Program-made: the position numbers and the translations under genes | The notes under the pieces: generated by a model | Seen by the model: the letters and a program-made list of their open reading frames with translations, nothing else | The model's database searches: none | What the model was told of the DNA's origin: nothing | Assembly (NCBI GenBank): GCA_030611665.1 | Contig: JAUWPI010000018.1 | Location: forward strand, 1-24,000 | Direction: 5' to 3' | DNA from: Candidatus Heimdallarchaeota archaeon | Lineage (GTDB): Archaea; Asgardarchaeota; Heimdallarchaeia; Heimdallarchaeales; Heimdallarchaeaceae | DNA: 24,000 nucleotides | In this document: piece by piece, positions 23,708 through 24,000 of the stretch | How the letters are laid out: each line of letters opens with the position of its first letter | How positions within the stretch are numbered: position 1 is the stretch's first letter

Positions 23708-24000
23708 ATGGTAATTACTCAGCGCCCTCCCCTTCCTGTTGATCGTGGTCCAAAGGTTGAAGGAGGTACCCCTCCCCTCAAAATGACTTTAAGGGGTGTA
23801 ATGTTCAAATTAGTTTTTCCTCATTTGAAAAATAGAGGTAAACGTGAGTATATTACTAAACTTATCCTAAGAATCTCAACTTACATGGCAGTTGGATATG
23901 GTTTTTCAATATTTTTTGGTGTTCTTTATCATTTACTCCAAAAACTTTTCACCATAACTTCATTAATTTGGTCTCCTGATGCAATTTTAATTCTGCCATT
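23708..24000 (+). CDS. Hypothetical membrane protein, N-terminal part; the gene runs off the right edge
   Basis: Absent from the ORF track because there is no stop in the window. ATG 23708 is preceded by TAGGTGA and lies 9 nt after the previous stop. Translation: MVITQRPPLPVDRGPKVEGGTPPLKMTLRGVMFKLVFPHLKNRGKREYITKLILRISTYMAVGYGFSIFFGVLYHLLQKLF..., open to the window end with at least one TM helix. Confidence 0.5.
   Translation, partial: MVITQRPPLPVDRGPKVEGGTPPLKMTLRGVMFKLVFPHLKNRGKREYITKLILRISTYMAVGYGFSIFFGVLYHLLQKLFTITSLIWSPDAILILP

Noticed and set aside
1-24000. CRISPR arrays, tandem repeats, IS elements, toxin-antitoxin or defence islands
   Set aside because: Reading both strands by eye, I found no regularly spaced direct repeats, transposase or integrase motifs, or recognisable defence-gene signatures. 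The only repeats seen are short terminator-like palindromes. Low-copy dispersed repeats could be missed by eye.

Overview
This is a visibly AT-rich, gene-dense archaeal chromosomal window. I count about 25 protein genes and one tRNA-Lys(CUU), with no rRNA, CRISPR array, transposase or integrase. All calls rest on motif and pattern recognition by eye; no homology search was possible.

Housekeeping archaeal markers:
- FEN1 with a C-terminal PIP box
- a double-AAA Cdc48/VCP ATPase
- Trm5-family and Trm11/UPF0020-family RNA methyltransferases
- Pcm, CofE, an FrhB-family protein, an SDR, and a NapH-like polyferredoxin

These are interleaved with an unusual density of eukaryote-like small-GTPase machinery:
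- an MglA-like GTPase next to a Roadblock/LC7 gene (7630-8558)
- a second Roadblock gene at the left edge (1-255)
- a Rab/Ras-like GTPase translationally coupled to a longin-like protein (15930-17373)
- a stand-alone protein that reads as two tandem longin-like domains (3471-4430)

Together with the AT-richness, this suggests an Asgard (Loki-like) archaeon. That is inference only.

Other points worth follow-up:
- a small 4-TM membrane gene whose frame is interrupted by one in-frame TAG (6316-6789)
- a 4xCBS protein with a C-terminal domain resembling the HPF/RaiA ribosome-hibernation fold (17452-18612)
- a TPR-like protein with collinear similarity blocks to alpha-SNAP (20730-21452)
- a PrsW-like intramembrane protease fused to zinc ribbons (22007-23698)
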